Below the pieces are notes generated by a model, which was not told the origin of the DNA, did not search any database, and saw nothing but the letters and a program-made list of their open reading frames with translations. 64,000 bases of DNA from Rebecca billardiae RCC1528 (Eukaryota; Protista; Haptophyta). Every line of letters starts with the position of its first letter. Position 1 is the first letter of the stretch. The DNA lies in contig OZ251242.1 in NCBI GenBank assembly GCA_965240325.2, positions 1,116,001 to 1,180,000 on the forward strand, read 5' to 3'. Below are positions 19,910 to 30,703 of the stretch, in pieces. The position numbers and the translations under genes are program-made.

Positions 19910-21958
19910 CTTTGCACGGCGCCGCTTGAGCGGCGGCGGTGTCGCCTCCTCCTCCTCCTCCTCCTCCTCGTCCTCGTCCTGGCTTGGCGTAGTGCCGCTT
20001 GGCGCGCCACGGGCGGGCGTCGAGCGCGCCGGCGTCGGGCCATCCCCCTCCGGTTTGGCCGCCGTGGCGCCGGCCGCCGTCGCGAGGGTCGACGACGACG
20101 ACGGCGGCGGCGAGCGCGCGAGCGCGAGCGCGGCCGCCGCCTCGTCGCGAGCCGCGCGAAGCTCTGCCGAGAGAGCGCTGCGCTCAGCCGCCAGCGCGCG
20201 CCGCTCCGCCTCCATCGACAACCGGAGGGCGGAGAGCGGCTCGGACGCCTCCGCGTCGTCGTGCGCGCACGCGCTCGCCGAGGCCGGCGTGACGCGCGCG
20301 GCGTGCGCTGCGGGCGTGGCGCCACTCCGCTGCGGCGCGGACGCCGCGGACGCCGCGGACGCCGCGGAGCGCTGCAGCTGCTGCCGCTGCTGCTGCTGCT
20401 GCTGCTGCGCCACCGGCGGTGAGATGTTCAGCTCGGGCATCGGTCGGCGCATGTCCGACTCCGGCGGCCACATGTGCGCCGGGCTCTGCGGGTCGCGCGA
20501 GTGCGGGCCGGGCTCCTCACGCCGGCGCCACGGCTCGGGCGTCTTCGGCAAGGGCTCCTCCTCCTCCTCCTGCTCGCCCCCGCCGCCACGGCCGCCCGCT
20601 GCCCAGGCCTCACGCGCCGCGGCCGGGCGGCGCCCACCGGCGTGCTGCGCGCTGGGCGCGTGTGAGGCGTCGTCGTCGCTGCTGGCGTGGTCGCCGTCCG
20701 GCGGCGCCGTCAGCCGCAGCGCGGGCTTCGCCAAGCCGCGCGAGCCGTGCGCCGCGCCCGCTCTCGCATCGCTCTCGCCGCGCCCACGCTCGCGCCGCCG
20801 CGCCGCCGCGCTCGCGCCGCTGCCGTTGCACGGGCCGTTGGAGGAGACTTGCCCGTTGCCGCCGCCATCGCTGCCGCCATCGCTGCTGCTGCTGCCGCAG
20901 CCCACGCTGACGCTCGCGTGCGCTCGCGGCGGCGGCGATGCGAGCCCGGCGCCGGCCGTGGGTGGCGCGACGGGCAGCGCCGCCGGCGGCGGCGCGAGCT
21001 CCACGGCGACAGTGACCGGGGCAGGGGCGACGGGCGGAGGCGGCGGCGGCGGGGAAGGCTCGACGGCGTCCGTTGGCGGGGCAGCGGGCGGCAGCGACGG
21101 CGGCGGCGGCGGCGGCGTGAGCGTGATCTCCGCCGGCGGCGCTCCCAGCGGCGCCACCGCCGGCGCTCGCACGTGCCGGAACGAGCCGCCGCCGCTCCCG
21201 CCGGAGCGCACGGCCGCGGCGACCGCCGAGTCTGCTCGGTGGTGAGCGAGCGCTGCGTCGCGCCTCGCCTGCTCGAGTAGCGCGCTCAGCTGCTTGCTGC
21301 CGGCGCGCTCGCGCTCGAGCTCGGCGACGGCGTCGGCGAGCTCGGCCTTCCAGCCCGCCACCGCTGCCTCCACACGCACCGACGTCCCGCCGCGCTCGCG
21401 CTCGAGCTCGGCCACGGCGTCCGCCAGCTCGGCCTGCCACGAGCTCAGCTCATCGCGAAGCGACGCGGACGCGTTGCGCTCTGCGGCGAGGGCGCGCTCG
21501 AGCTCGGTGGTCATCGAGGTGGCGCGCTCGAGGTCGGCGCGCGGCACGCTCTGCTCGCCGCCGTCGCCCGCGCTCGCGTGCATCCGCGATCGCAGCGACG
21601 CCTCGAGCCGCCGGCCCTCCGACTGCGCGCGCTGGCAGTCGCTCGTGACGGCCTGGAGCCTGGCCGAGGTGACGGCCTCAGAGTCGTCCACCTCGGCGAG
21701 CGTGGCTGCGAGGAGCTGCCGGTTCACCGCGAGCTCGGCGGCGAGCGCGTCGCGCTCACGCTGCACCGCGAGCTTTGCGTTGTTCACCTCGTCGAGCCGA
21801 ATCGCCGTCTGCCGCAGGCGCAGCACGACCGACTTGAAGTCGGAGGGCGCGATGGCGCCAACGGGCATCGCGTGGGCGACCGGGGAGGGCACACGCACGC
21901 TGCTGTCGTCCGAGCTCCAGCCGCCCGTGCTCGGCGGGTACCGCCGCCCGTCGTCCAT
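18017..21958 (-). CDS. Coiled-coil / TM / Pro-rich / two WSC-domain membrane protein
   Basis: N-terminal heptad-rich region, an internal TM, poly-Pro, two WSC-like motifs (WAGCYYD...CALVC...ALQAGDCYC; YVGCFDD...CAAVC...VGLHAGECSCG) and a second TM near the C-terminus. Start MDDGRR is inferred. Confidence 0.75.
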
Positions 21959-22460
21959 GGGTGGCCCCGCGGGATGCGCCCCGCACGCCAGCCACGCACA
22001 GGCCGGAGATGACGACCACCACCACCGAGTTGAGAACACAGCGGCGCCTGGTGAGCAAGCGAGGGTCCGGTGCTGCGCTGGGCAATTCCTCGGACTAATT
22101 CTATGATTTAAAGACACAGGCACGAGGGCGCTGGGGCGCAGCTCGCGCGGAATCTCATCATCAAACGTTTGTGGTCGTGCGGTGAAGCCTGTCGTTACAC
22201 GTGCTGTGCTGCCGTGCACCGGCAGTTTGACGAACGTTGGGAATCCGGCGGCGGTGCCGCGTGGACAAGCGGACTTTCCGCACTGACCGGTGACATCACT
22301 CGCCACTCGCCCTCGGGCGGATGGATCATCCTCATCATTGGTTGCGAATCCCAACTAAGAGGTAGCCTAGTATCCTTAGTGCTGCGAGGTCTCACGCGGC
22401 GCGAATGCCGTGTCGGCAGCGGCCAGTCGGCGCCTCCCTGCCGTGGCGCGTTGCCGCAGC

Positions 22461-23258
22461 CTAGGACGCAGCCGCCACCTCCGGGAGGCACGCGGCGTCG
22501 GCGGCCGTCGAGCTGTCGGCGGATGCTGCCGCAAGCCGCGGCGCGCATGCAGCTGCCGCCGGCTGCTCGTCGGCGGCGGGCGCGTCGGCCTCGTCCCCGC
22601 CCGAGGGCGGCGTCAGCGGCGCGCGCATCTCCATCAGCCTCGCCACCGCGCTGTCCGGCGCGCGCATCTCCGTACGCAGCGCCGACGCCCAGCGGAAGCC
22701 GAGCGACTCGTACAGCTTCACCGCGACCACGTTGTTCTCCGAGCCGGCGACGAGCAGCGAGCACGGCTTGGGCTTCTTGCCGCTGAGCATGCCCTCGACG
22801 AGCAGCTGGCGGCCGATGCCGAGGCCACGGTGCGAGCGCAGCACGTACACAAAGTCGACGACGATCATGCTGCGCCGCTCCTCCTTGAGGAAGCGCTGCG
22901 TGCGCCGGAGCATCCCCACAATCCGCTTGCCGCCGCCGGCCGTCGGCACGGTCGCGACGAGCAGGTCGCGCGGGAAGAGCTGCTTGCAGCGCGAGTCGAG
23001 GAGGCCCTTCAAAAACTCCGGATCCTGCCCACGCGCGATGCACTCCTTCCGAATCTCGCCCAATCCGGCTGCGCTCTTCGCGGGGCTGACGCTCACCACC
23101 GGCCGAGGGTGCTCGACCAGCTCCGTGTCGCAGCTGCTCGCGAGCGAGGCGAGCGAGGAGGTGGAGGCGTGGCGCTGGGGGCCGTGCGACCGGCTCGAAG
23201 CGCCCCCCGGTGCCTTGAGCGTCGACGGCGAGGTGGGCGTCGTTGGCGACGCCGTCAT
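22461..23258 (-). CDS. GNAT-family N-acetyltransferase
   Basis: VYVLRSHRGLGIGRQLL acetyl-CoA motif and NVVAVKLYESLGF. Confidence 0.85.
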   Translation of the reverse strand: MTASPTTPTSPSTLKAPGGASSRSHGPQRHASTSSLASLASSCDTELVEHPRPVVSVSPAKSAAGLGEIRKECIARGQDPEFLKGLLDSRCKQLFPRDLLVATVPTAGGGKRIVGMLRRTQRFLKEERRSMIVVDFVYVLRSHRGLGIGRQLLVEGMLSGKKPKPCSLLVAGSENNVVAVKLYESLGFRWASALRTEMRAPDSAVARLMEMRAPLTPPSGGDEADAPAADEQPAAAACAPRLAAASADSSTAADAACLPEVAAAS

Positions 23259-23643
23259 CTCCCCGTTGGCACGCTGATGATGGAGTGGAACGCAGCAGCA
23301 CCTGGCGCAGGGCAGAGCGGTTGGCTGGCCGCTGGACCAAGGGTGGTACGTGACGACCAGTCTTTATGAGTCGGGAATTGAACTGCGGGAGGTTGCCAAG
23401 AAATCGGTCGACGGATCCCGCACGGCCGCCAATCAGATGCGCGCAGCCAAGCCACGCAAAAATGCGATGCGGTAGTGCAGTGGATTTTTGGAGTAGTAAT
23501 TGTGAGTACGATTTTGAAAGAAGTAAAATGATGGGCTCGTTTTAGCCGGCGCGATGGCGGTTGCCGGTTGGCGGCGGTGCACACGGGGCGGAGTGCGCGC
23601 AATGATTGGCATGGCATGCCCCCGCGCGTGAGGACGAGCGCTC

Positions 23644-24132
23644 TCACTCGCCGCCCTCGGCGGCCGAGACGTCTTCGACGGGCTGCCCGGGCGGGCGAAA
23701 GCCTGGCACCCGCCGTGCCATCCGCCGGATGTCGGTCCAGCCGCCGCCCTTGTAGTCCTCGTCGGCAGAGCGGGCACGCGCGTCGGATTTCCTGCCCTCC
23801 GAGCCAGGGACCTCGCGGTAGAAGCCGCTCTTTCGCTTGCCGTAGTAGATGTGCCCACGCCCGAGCCGATTGTTCAGGAAGTCGTCGATCACATTGTCCA
23901 TCTCATCGGTGAGCGCGCGCCAGCGTGACTGGAGTACACCACCCTCCCGCTCGGCGCCCACCGCCTCGGCGTCGTCGTCGTCAGGGCCGACGAGCATGTG
24001 TGCAGCGCACGTGCTGCGACGATGCCGCGACACTGCAAGGCCTCCGCGCGACGCGCACGCGGCGGGACGCGCACCTCGCGCCGCGTGCGCCACCAGAGAC
24101 AGAAGCAGGAGCCGCCGCGTCGTCGGCCCCAT
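23644..24132 (-). CDS. Small hypothetical protein with bipartite (signal + transit) presequence, probably plastid
   Basis: MGPTTRRLLLLSLVAHAARG signal, Arg/Ser/Ala-rich transit-like region, and protein-like core DEMDNVIDDFLNNRLGRGHIYYGKRKSGFY. Confidence 0.65.
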   Translation of the reverse strand: MGPTTRRLLLLSLVAHAARGARPAACASRGGLAVSRHRRSTCAAHMLVGPDDDDAEAVGAEREGGVLQSRWRALTDEMDNVIDDFLNNRLGRGHIYYGKRKSGFYREVPGSEGRKSDARARSADEDYKGGGWTDIRRMARRVPGFRPPGQPVEDVSAAEGGE

Positions 24133-24433
24133 CGTGCTGGTCGGCCGCACCCGCAACGATTGATTATTGATCAGTAGCGAGCGTGACAATGTTGAGATCC
24201 CCCCACGGCTTCCGGCCAGGTGCCCTTTTTTAAGAGATGCCGCCCACCGTCGCCGGGCTGTCACCGTGCTCACGTGGCCCGTGCGCCTCGATCTCCCGCG
24301 CCCCGAGATGATGATCCACCAGGCAGGCGTGCGCGCAGTTGACGAGGCCGGGCACCTTCACCTTGTGCACCAACTTAGTAGTGTAGCCGCCGAGGACGGC
24401 CCCCGCAAAAGCGGTGGGGGGGCGCGCGGGGGC

Positions 24434-25147
24434 ATGACGGGCTGGTCGGACCCGCTCGGCATCGGCCCCACGACGGCGTACGTCTCGGCCCGCATCGACG
24501 AGTTCTCGACTGCCACCCAAAGCATCTGGCGCGACGCGTGGGAGTCCGTCGCGCGCTCGTCGACGGAGGAGCTGAGCGCGCGCGGGCTGGCAGTCCTCAC
24601 GAACGGCAGCACGGTGGGCGCGGATGGGTCGGTCAAGGAGGGCAGGGGTGGCGCGAGCGGCGCCGAGTCGGATGCCGCGCCGCTCGTCGTCGCCGCCGAC
24701 GGGCCGCCGGCGCCCGGCTCCGCCTCCACGAGCGGGCGCTCGCGCCGATCCGCGCTGAGTCTCGTCTGCCACACGGCTGACGAGGCGCAGCTCGAGCAGG
24801 AGCCGCTGGCAGGCGCGGCCGCGCCCGCGGCGGAGAGCTCGCAGCACCATGGCGCGGCCGGCGCGGCCGCGATGGACGGCCTCGCCTCGCCCAAGCGCAG
24901 CGCGCTCAGCCGGCTGCGCACGCCGCGCCGACACCGGCCCGGGACGGCCGATGCGCCCGCGGAGGCGACGCTGGTGGCCGAGGGCGTGGACGCGCCGCCC
25001 GCGAGCGAGCCCGCCGTCGCGCCGCTCACCGCGCGGCTGCAGCGGCGGCTGCTCACGCCGCGCCGCGCGCGGCCCGGCCACGGTCGGAGCGCGAGCGCGG
25101 ACGCCGCGGCCGCGGCGAAAACGGCCGAGGCGGCGCGTGCCGCGCTC

Positions 25148-25179
<32 letters not shown>

Positions 25180-25550
25180 CTCGGGCGCGGAGGCGCCGCC
25201 GCCCGCGTCAATCTTCGAGTGGCTGCCTCGGCGCAAGACGCCCGGGCGCTCCCGCGCGCGCACGCCCGTCGCCGCCGCGCCCGCTGCCGCCGAGAGCGGC
25301 AGGGACAGCGCGCTTGCAGGCGCGAGCGGCGCCGAGCCGGCGGCCGCTGCGGCGCCGGCCGCTGCGGACGGCGCCGGCCACTCGCCGTCCATCTTCGAGT
25401 GGCTCCCGCGCCGCTCGAAGACGCCGGGCCGCGCGCGCGCGCGCACGCCCAACGCTGGCGCGCCGGCCGCGGCGGACGACCCCATGGGGAACGGCCCGCT
25501 CGTGCGCGCGCGCAGTGCCACCGCCACTGTGAGCGGGCCAGGCGGCGTTG

Positions 25551-25592
<42 letters not shown>

Positions 25593-27248
25593 AGCAGGCG
25601 GCGGCGGATGCGGCCGAGACGGATGGTGGTGCGCACTCGTCGCTGTTCGAGTGGCTGCCGCACCGGCGCGCGCCGGCGAGCAAGCGCGCCGCGCGCGACT
25701 CGAGCGCGACCGCGGCCACTGCCCCAACGGCGGGCAAGGGCGCCGGCGGGGCGGAGGGCGCAGCCGGCGCGGCCGGCACTGCGGGCGCAGAGGCGGAGGC
25801 GGGCGGCGGCGGCGGCGGCGCGGCTGACTTGGCCGCCTCGGTGTCAGACGCGGAGTCCTCCGCGCACTCGTCGATCTTCGAGTGGCTGCCCCGGCGCAGC
25901 AAGACGCCGGCGCGCGCGCGGCCGCGCTCGCCAACAAAGCCGGCCGATCACGCCGCGAGCAGTGGCACGGATGGAGCCAGCCAGGCGGCGGAGGGCGGCG
26001 CCGAGGGCGGCGCCGCGGCCGCGCTGGGCGCGGCCGCGGGCACGCCCGCGCCGCCGCCGCCGCCCCGGCGGCGGCGGCGCAAGGCGGAGCAGCCGCCCTC
26101 GGTGGAGCAGCCCTCGGCCAGCGCCGGTGCGGCAGCGCTCGAGCAGCAGGGCGGAGCGGATGCGGGCGTGGTGCAGCCGGTGCCTGCTACAGCGTCAGCC
26201 GGCGGCGGCGCGGCGGAGGGCGGCGGCGGCGGCGGCGCGGGTGGCGGCGCGGGCGGCGCGGCGCAGGGCGAGGGCCTCATGGCGCGGATGCGGATTCGCC
26301 GACGAGACGCGCCGTCGGCGCCCAGCACGGCGTTCGACTTGAGCGTGGGCACGATCCCGGAGTCGGCACACGCCGACATGCCGGCTGGCGGCAGCGCGGG
26401 CGGCGCGGGCGGCGGGGGCGCCGCCGGCGGCGTGGCCGGCGCGGACGGCACGGATGGCGGTGGCGGCGGCGGCGACGCGGGCTCGTCCGCGCCGTCCGCC
26501 GCCGGCGACACGCCGCGCGGCCGGCGGTATGGGCTGAGCCTGCTGTCGGGCCGGAGGCACCGCAGCGCCGACGGCGACGACGAGCGTTCCACCACCAACA
26601 CCGCAGGCTCGGTCTCGGAGTCCGGCGCGACGCTGGCTGGCGGCGCGCACGGCGGCGCGGCCGACGCGGCCGCGGACGTTGGCGGCGACCCGGCGGCCAG
26701 CGGGCACGCCGACGGCTCGAGCGCGGCGGCGCCCGTGTGCGACAAGTGCGACGGCGCGCACGACACGCACAAGTGCCCGCACTACCCCAAGGAGCGCGAC
26801 GACCACCCGGACGCCAGAACGCGCCCGACAAAGGCCGCCCGGGACGCGGCGTCGACAAGCGTCAGCCTGGTCGGAGCCAAGGTGGTGCCGCAGCCGGGCG
26901 ACGGCAACTGCCTCTTCCATGCACTTTCGCACGGGCTGTCCGACGGCTCGACGGCGGTCACGCTGCGGCGCGAGGTGGCGGCGTTCATCGAGAAGAACGC
27001 CGGGCTCGAGATCGCCGCGACGCCGCTCGCGGAGTGGGTGCGCTGGGACGCGGGCACTTCCATCGCGTCCTATGTGCGGCGCATCTCAATGGGTGGCTCA
27101 TGGGGCGGCGGCATCGAGATCGCGGCGGTCGCGGTCATGCGCGGCGTGAACGTGCACGTGTTCGAGGCGACGCGCGACCCGAGCCGGTTCGCGCGCATCG
27201 GCCACTTCCCCGCCACGCGCGACTCCGCCGTCACCGCCGCCGCCGTCA

Positions 27249-27279
<31 letters not shown>

Positions 27280-27421
27280 TCCGGGCGAGGCCCCGAAGGA
27301 CGGCGTGCGCAACGTGCACGTGCTGTACCGCGGCGGCGTGCACTACGACGGCCTCGACGGCGGCACGCTCGTGCAGACGGCCAAGGCGGCGAAGGGCGGC
27401 GGCCATTTGAGCATCAGATGA
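24434..27421 (+). CDS. OTU-domain deubiquitinase-like protease with a long disordered N-terminus and CCHC zinc knuckle
   Basis: [19 protein letters not shown] and [11 protein letters not shown] motifs; [13 protein letters not shown]. Start MTGWSD is inferred. Confidence 0.85.
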
Positions 27422-27638
27422 GCGGCGGCCGACGGCTGCCGTCGCGTGCCTCGACTGTTACCCGCGCAGGGCTCTCTCTCAAAGCGGCTCGGTGGACCGT
27501 GGCCGTGCCGGCCTAACTCGGGAGTCCGGGCTCCGGCGGTACAGGACCTGAGGACCAGTCGTTCACGCAGCAGCTTTCCTGCGACACAGGCGACAGGGAC
27601 ACTGAACAGTGGACATCGAACCGATGTAGATAGAGTAC

Positions 27639-27750
<112 letters not shown>

Positions 27751-28116
27751 TGGAAACCCACGAGAACAAAGGCACGACTTCACGCTGGGGACCAGCCCGT
27801 CGCGGGCCTTTATTTGACGCCCCGGCTAACCTCAAACCTAGGTCTGTCTGTCGGTCACATATGCGCAATTCGCGTACCCGCTTACGCGCTCGATAGTCTG
27901 ACAAAAGCCGCTCGTCGTTCGGCGCTTTGCGTACTCACATTCGTGCGAATCGCATCGGCCCATTATTCGTCGTGTCGCGAGTTCAGTAGTTCACACTTGA
28001 CATTCGCACGAACCGTCGGTTTTTCGCTAGACATAGTTCACGAGCGAAAGGGCGCGCTGATATTGGCACGCGGGTATCATCTTGCATTTGACATATGAGC
28101 GTCGGAGCAACCTCGC

Positions 28117-28561
28117 CAGGGCTCCAAGACGGTACTCACCGGACACCGCGGTAAATACCGTTAACCGGTGCGTACCGGTGCGTACCGGTATGCACCGCCA
28201 CAAACTGCCGCGCACCGGTGAGAGTCCGGGAGGGGTCGTGTGCGCCCGGACCACAGCACCCGCGAGTACGGACTACGCGGAGCTGTCACTTGTCAGTGTC
28301 CGACTGGTCGGAGTCACTGATGCTGGCTGGCACTCTCAGTCAGGGAAGGCGACCGTACGCCGCCGATTTCGTCCAATAATTGGGCTGTTTCTATCTATCA
28401 GTAAATAGGCCCAAAAATTTTCTTCGACTCGGGCCGGCGGGGCCCCGGGGGGGACACCCCCCCGGACCCCCCCGCGGTGCGCGCACCGGTGTACCGGTAC
28501 ACCGGCGCCTGCGGCGCCGGTGCACCGGTACGCGTACCGAGCACCGGATCTTTGAGCCCTG
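28117..28561. mobile_element. hAT-type MITE (445 bp)
   Basis: TIRs CAGGGCTCCAAGA / TCTTTGAGCCCTG; perfect 8-bp TSD AACCTCGC (28109-28116 and 28562-28569); subterminal ACCGGT repeats at both ends. Confidence 0.9.
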
Positions 28562-29294
28562 AACCTCGCGCGGCCTCGCGTCGACGACGTCCCGTGAAGG
28601 ACGAGAGGCGAGAGCCCACGCCATTCCAAGGGTCGCCCTTGATTCACGTCTCGTTCGGTCGCGCGACGAGCGGCTCGCGTGCGGCGCCAAGCGAGCGACG
28701 GGGGGCGCGCGGCGGGCGCACGCGCGAGGCTGCCCACCACGCGCACGCGCGCGAACCCGCCGGCTCGGGCGACACGCGCCGCCTCAGCTCGAGCACGAGC
28801 GCGAGGCGTGGCGCCGGCCCGGTCGGGCGGCGGAGGGCTCGAGCTGCCGACTGCGCGCGACGAGCGGCTCGCGTGCGGTGCCAGCGGATGAAGCGACACG
28901 CGCGGCGTGCGCATACGCGCAGGGCCGCCATCCACGCGCGAGCGCGCGACTGCGTGCCTTCCACGAGCTGCGGCAGGCGGCCGCGGGCTGGTCGGCGGAC
29001 GGCAAGGTCGGCGGAGTGCCGCCCGCGGCCGGCGTTTCGCTTGGGCGCGGGCCACACTCTCACTCACAGCGCGGGGCGTGGTGCTGCAGACGGGCCAGTC
29101 ATTGCAGCGCGCACTCCGTGCCCAGACGTGCACACGCGCGCGCGTCGTCAGCCCGCCGCTGCGCCCCTGTGGCGCCCATGGCAGCGTCGGAATGGCAGCG
29201 TCGGAATTCCGAGCTCGGGCCACCGGCCCGGCGTGCCATCGTGCGTTTCAGAAACAGGTTTCCAGCCCAAGTTGACGCGCAGCGCCAACCCATA

Positions 29295-29962
29295 CAGGTG
29301 GGTGAGGGCAGAATGAGACAAAATCCCGGATCGTGTTTTGCGCTCCACCACGATGGCGCTCACGCCCTTCGCGCACGTCGTCGTGGAGGGCATCAGACGA
29401 AGAGTTCAAGCTGCGAGTCTCGTGGGCTAACTCCATGCCGTTGAGGAGCACGAGCACCATCAAGTTTGTCTCACTTTGGGGGGGGGAGGGCACTTTGAGA
29501 CAAACCGCGTGCGCACGCCCGACGAGCTCACCAACTGGGGAGAGCAAGCTTCCCATGGGCTCTTGGCGCGTGTCTGACGTCCCTACTGCCTCCCATTGCA
29601 TGGCCAGCCGTCAGGTTGGCGTCCCCTTGCAGTAGTAGACTACCTTGCTCACGTCACTGAAGGGCACCGTGCATCGCGGTTCGCGGCCGTCTCACAGTGG
29701 CGGGGCACGTTCGGCGGCTACGTTTGGTGCGTGCAGGCCAGGCATGGGCAGCGGAGCGGCCGGCAAACGAGCGGAGGTGCCAGGCATGCACCTTGGGCAC
29801 ACATGCGACGCGTCTTGACAGACTTGCGTCCACCTCATCGGGCGCTGTAGCGCGTGCGAGGCGGGCGCCATGCACCACGCCCAGTGGGCGCCACTGGGCC
29901 GCCACTGGGCCGCCGCCTTTGTCTGAAAGTGCCCTCTGTCTCATTCTGCCCTCATCGACCTG
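29295..29962. mobile_element. Tc1/mariner-type MITE A (668 bp)
   Basis: 26-bp imperfect TIRs CAGGTGGGTGAGGGCAGAATGAGACA / TGTCTCATTCTGCCCTCATCGACCTG, flanked by TA on both sides; internal IR GGGCACTTT(G/C)AGACAAA. Confidence 0.85.
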
Positions 29963-29964
29963 TA

Positions 29965-30597
29965 CAGGGGGGGCCAGATGAAGTTTCCCACTTCGGAAGG
30001 GAAGCCATGGCGGGCGTGAATGCCCGTCCCAACGCGATCTAAGGCCCCAGCGCCACGGCCCGGTCACTGGGGCGTGGCGTAGGCAGGTCGGCGTCGCCGT
30101 ACGAGCGCGTGCGCGTGAGTGACAGCTTCCCTTCCGACTTTTCGACCACTCTCACGTCCACGTCCACGACCCCGTACGACCGGCGCGCCGGTGAGGTTGC
30201 GCATGAGAAGGATGGGCAGGTAGCGGCCAGGATCACCGTTCTGACGGTCATACTGCCCTCTGGGGCATGCATTGCGACGGTGCATGCCTGGCAATGGTCC
30301 ACCTGACCCTACAAGCCGTGGATCTGACGAGCAAGGTTGGCTGCGCGGTAGTCGTGCGACCGCCGTCCGACACGGCTGCCGTGCGAATACGTTTGGCGTG
30401 TGCGCGCCTGTCAACGGCAGGGTGATCAACGACCGGCATGGCTAGCAAGCTGATCAGGACTAGTAACATCCTTGTCTGGGACCACGTCACGCCATTTGGC
30501 GACCTCGCCACCGCTCAATGCCCGTCCAGAGGCACTGACGTGCCGCACTACCTGGCCAGCCACCGCCAAAGTGGGGCCCACCATCTGGACCCCCCTG
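29965..30597. mobile_element. Tc1/mariner-type MITE B (633 bp)
   Basis: TIRs CAGGGGGGGCCAGATG / CATCTGGACCCCCCTG (15/16 match, extending to CCCACTT), flanked by TA on both sides. Confidence 0.82.
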
Positions 30598-30703
30598 TAT
30601 ACTTTACACGTCGTAGTCTAACTCTACAGCACGTAAGGTAGATGATACAATGTATCATCATACTGTAGTAGCTAACTGTGACTGACGAGATCGAAGATCA
30701 GAG

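Noticed and set aside
22119-22128. GGCACGAGG as cDNA adaptor contamination
   Set aside because: Embedded in a longer genomic repeat present in several diverged copies
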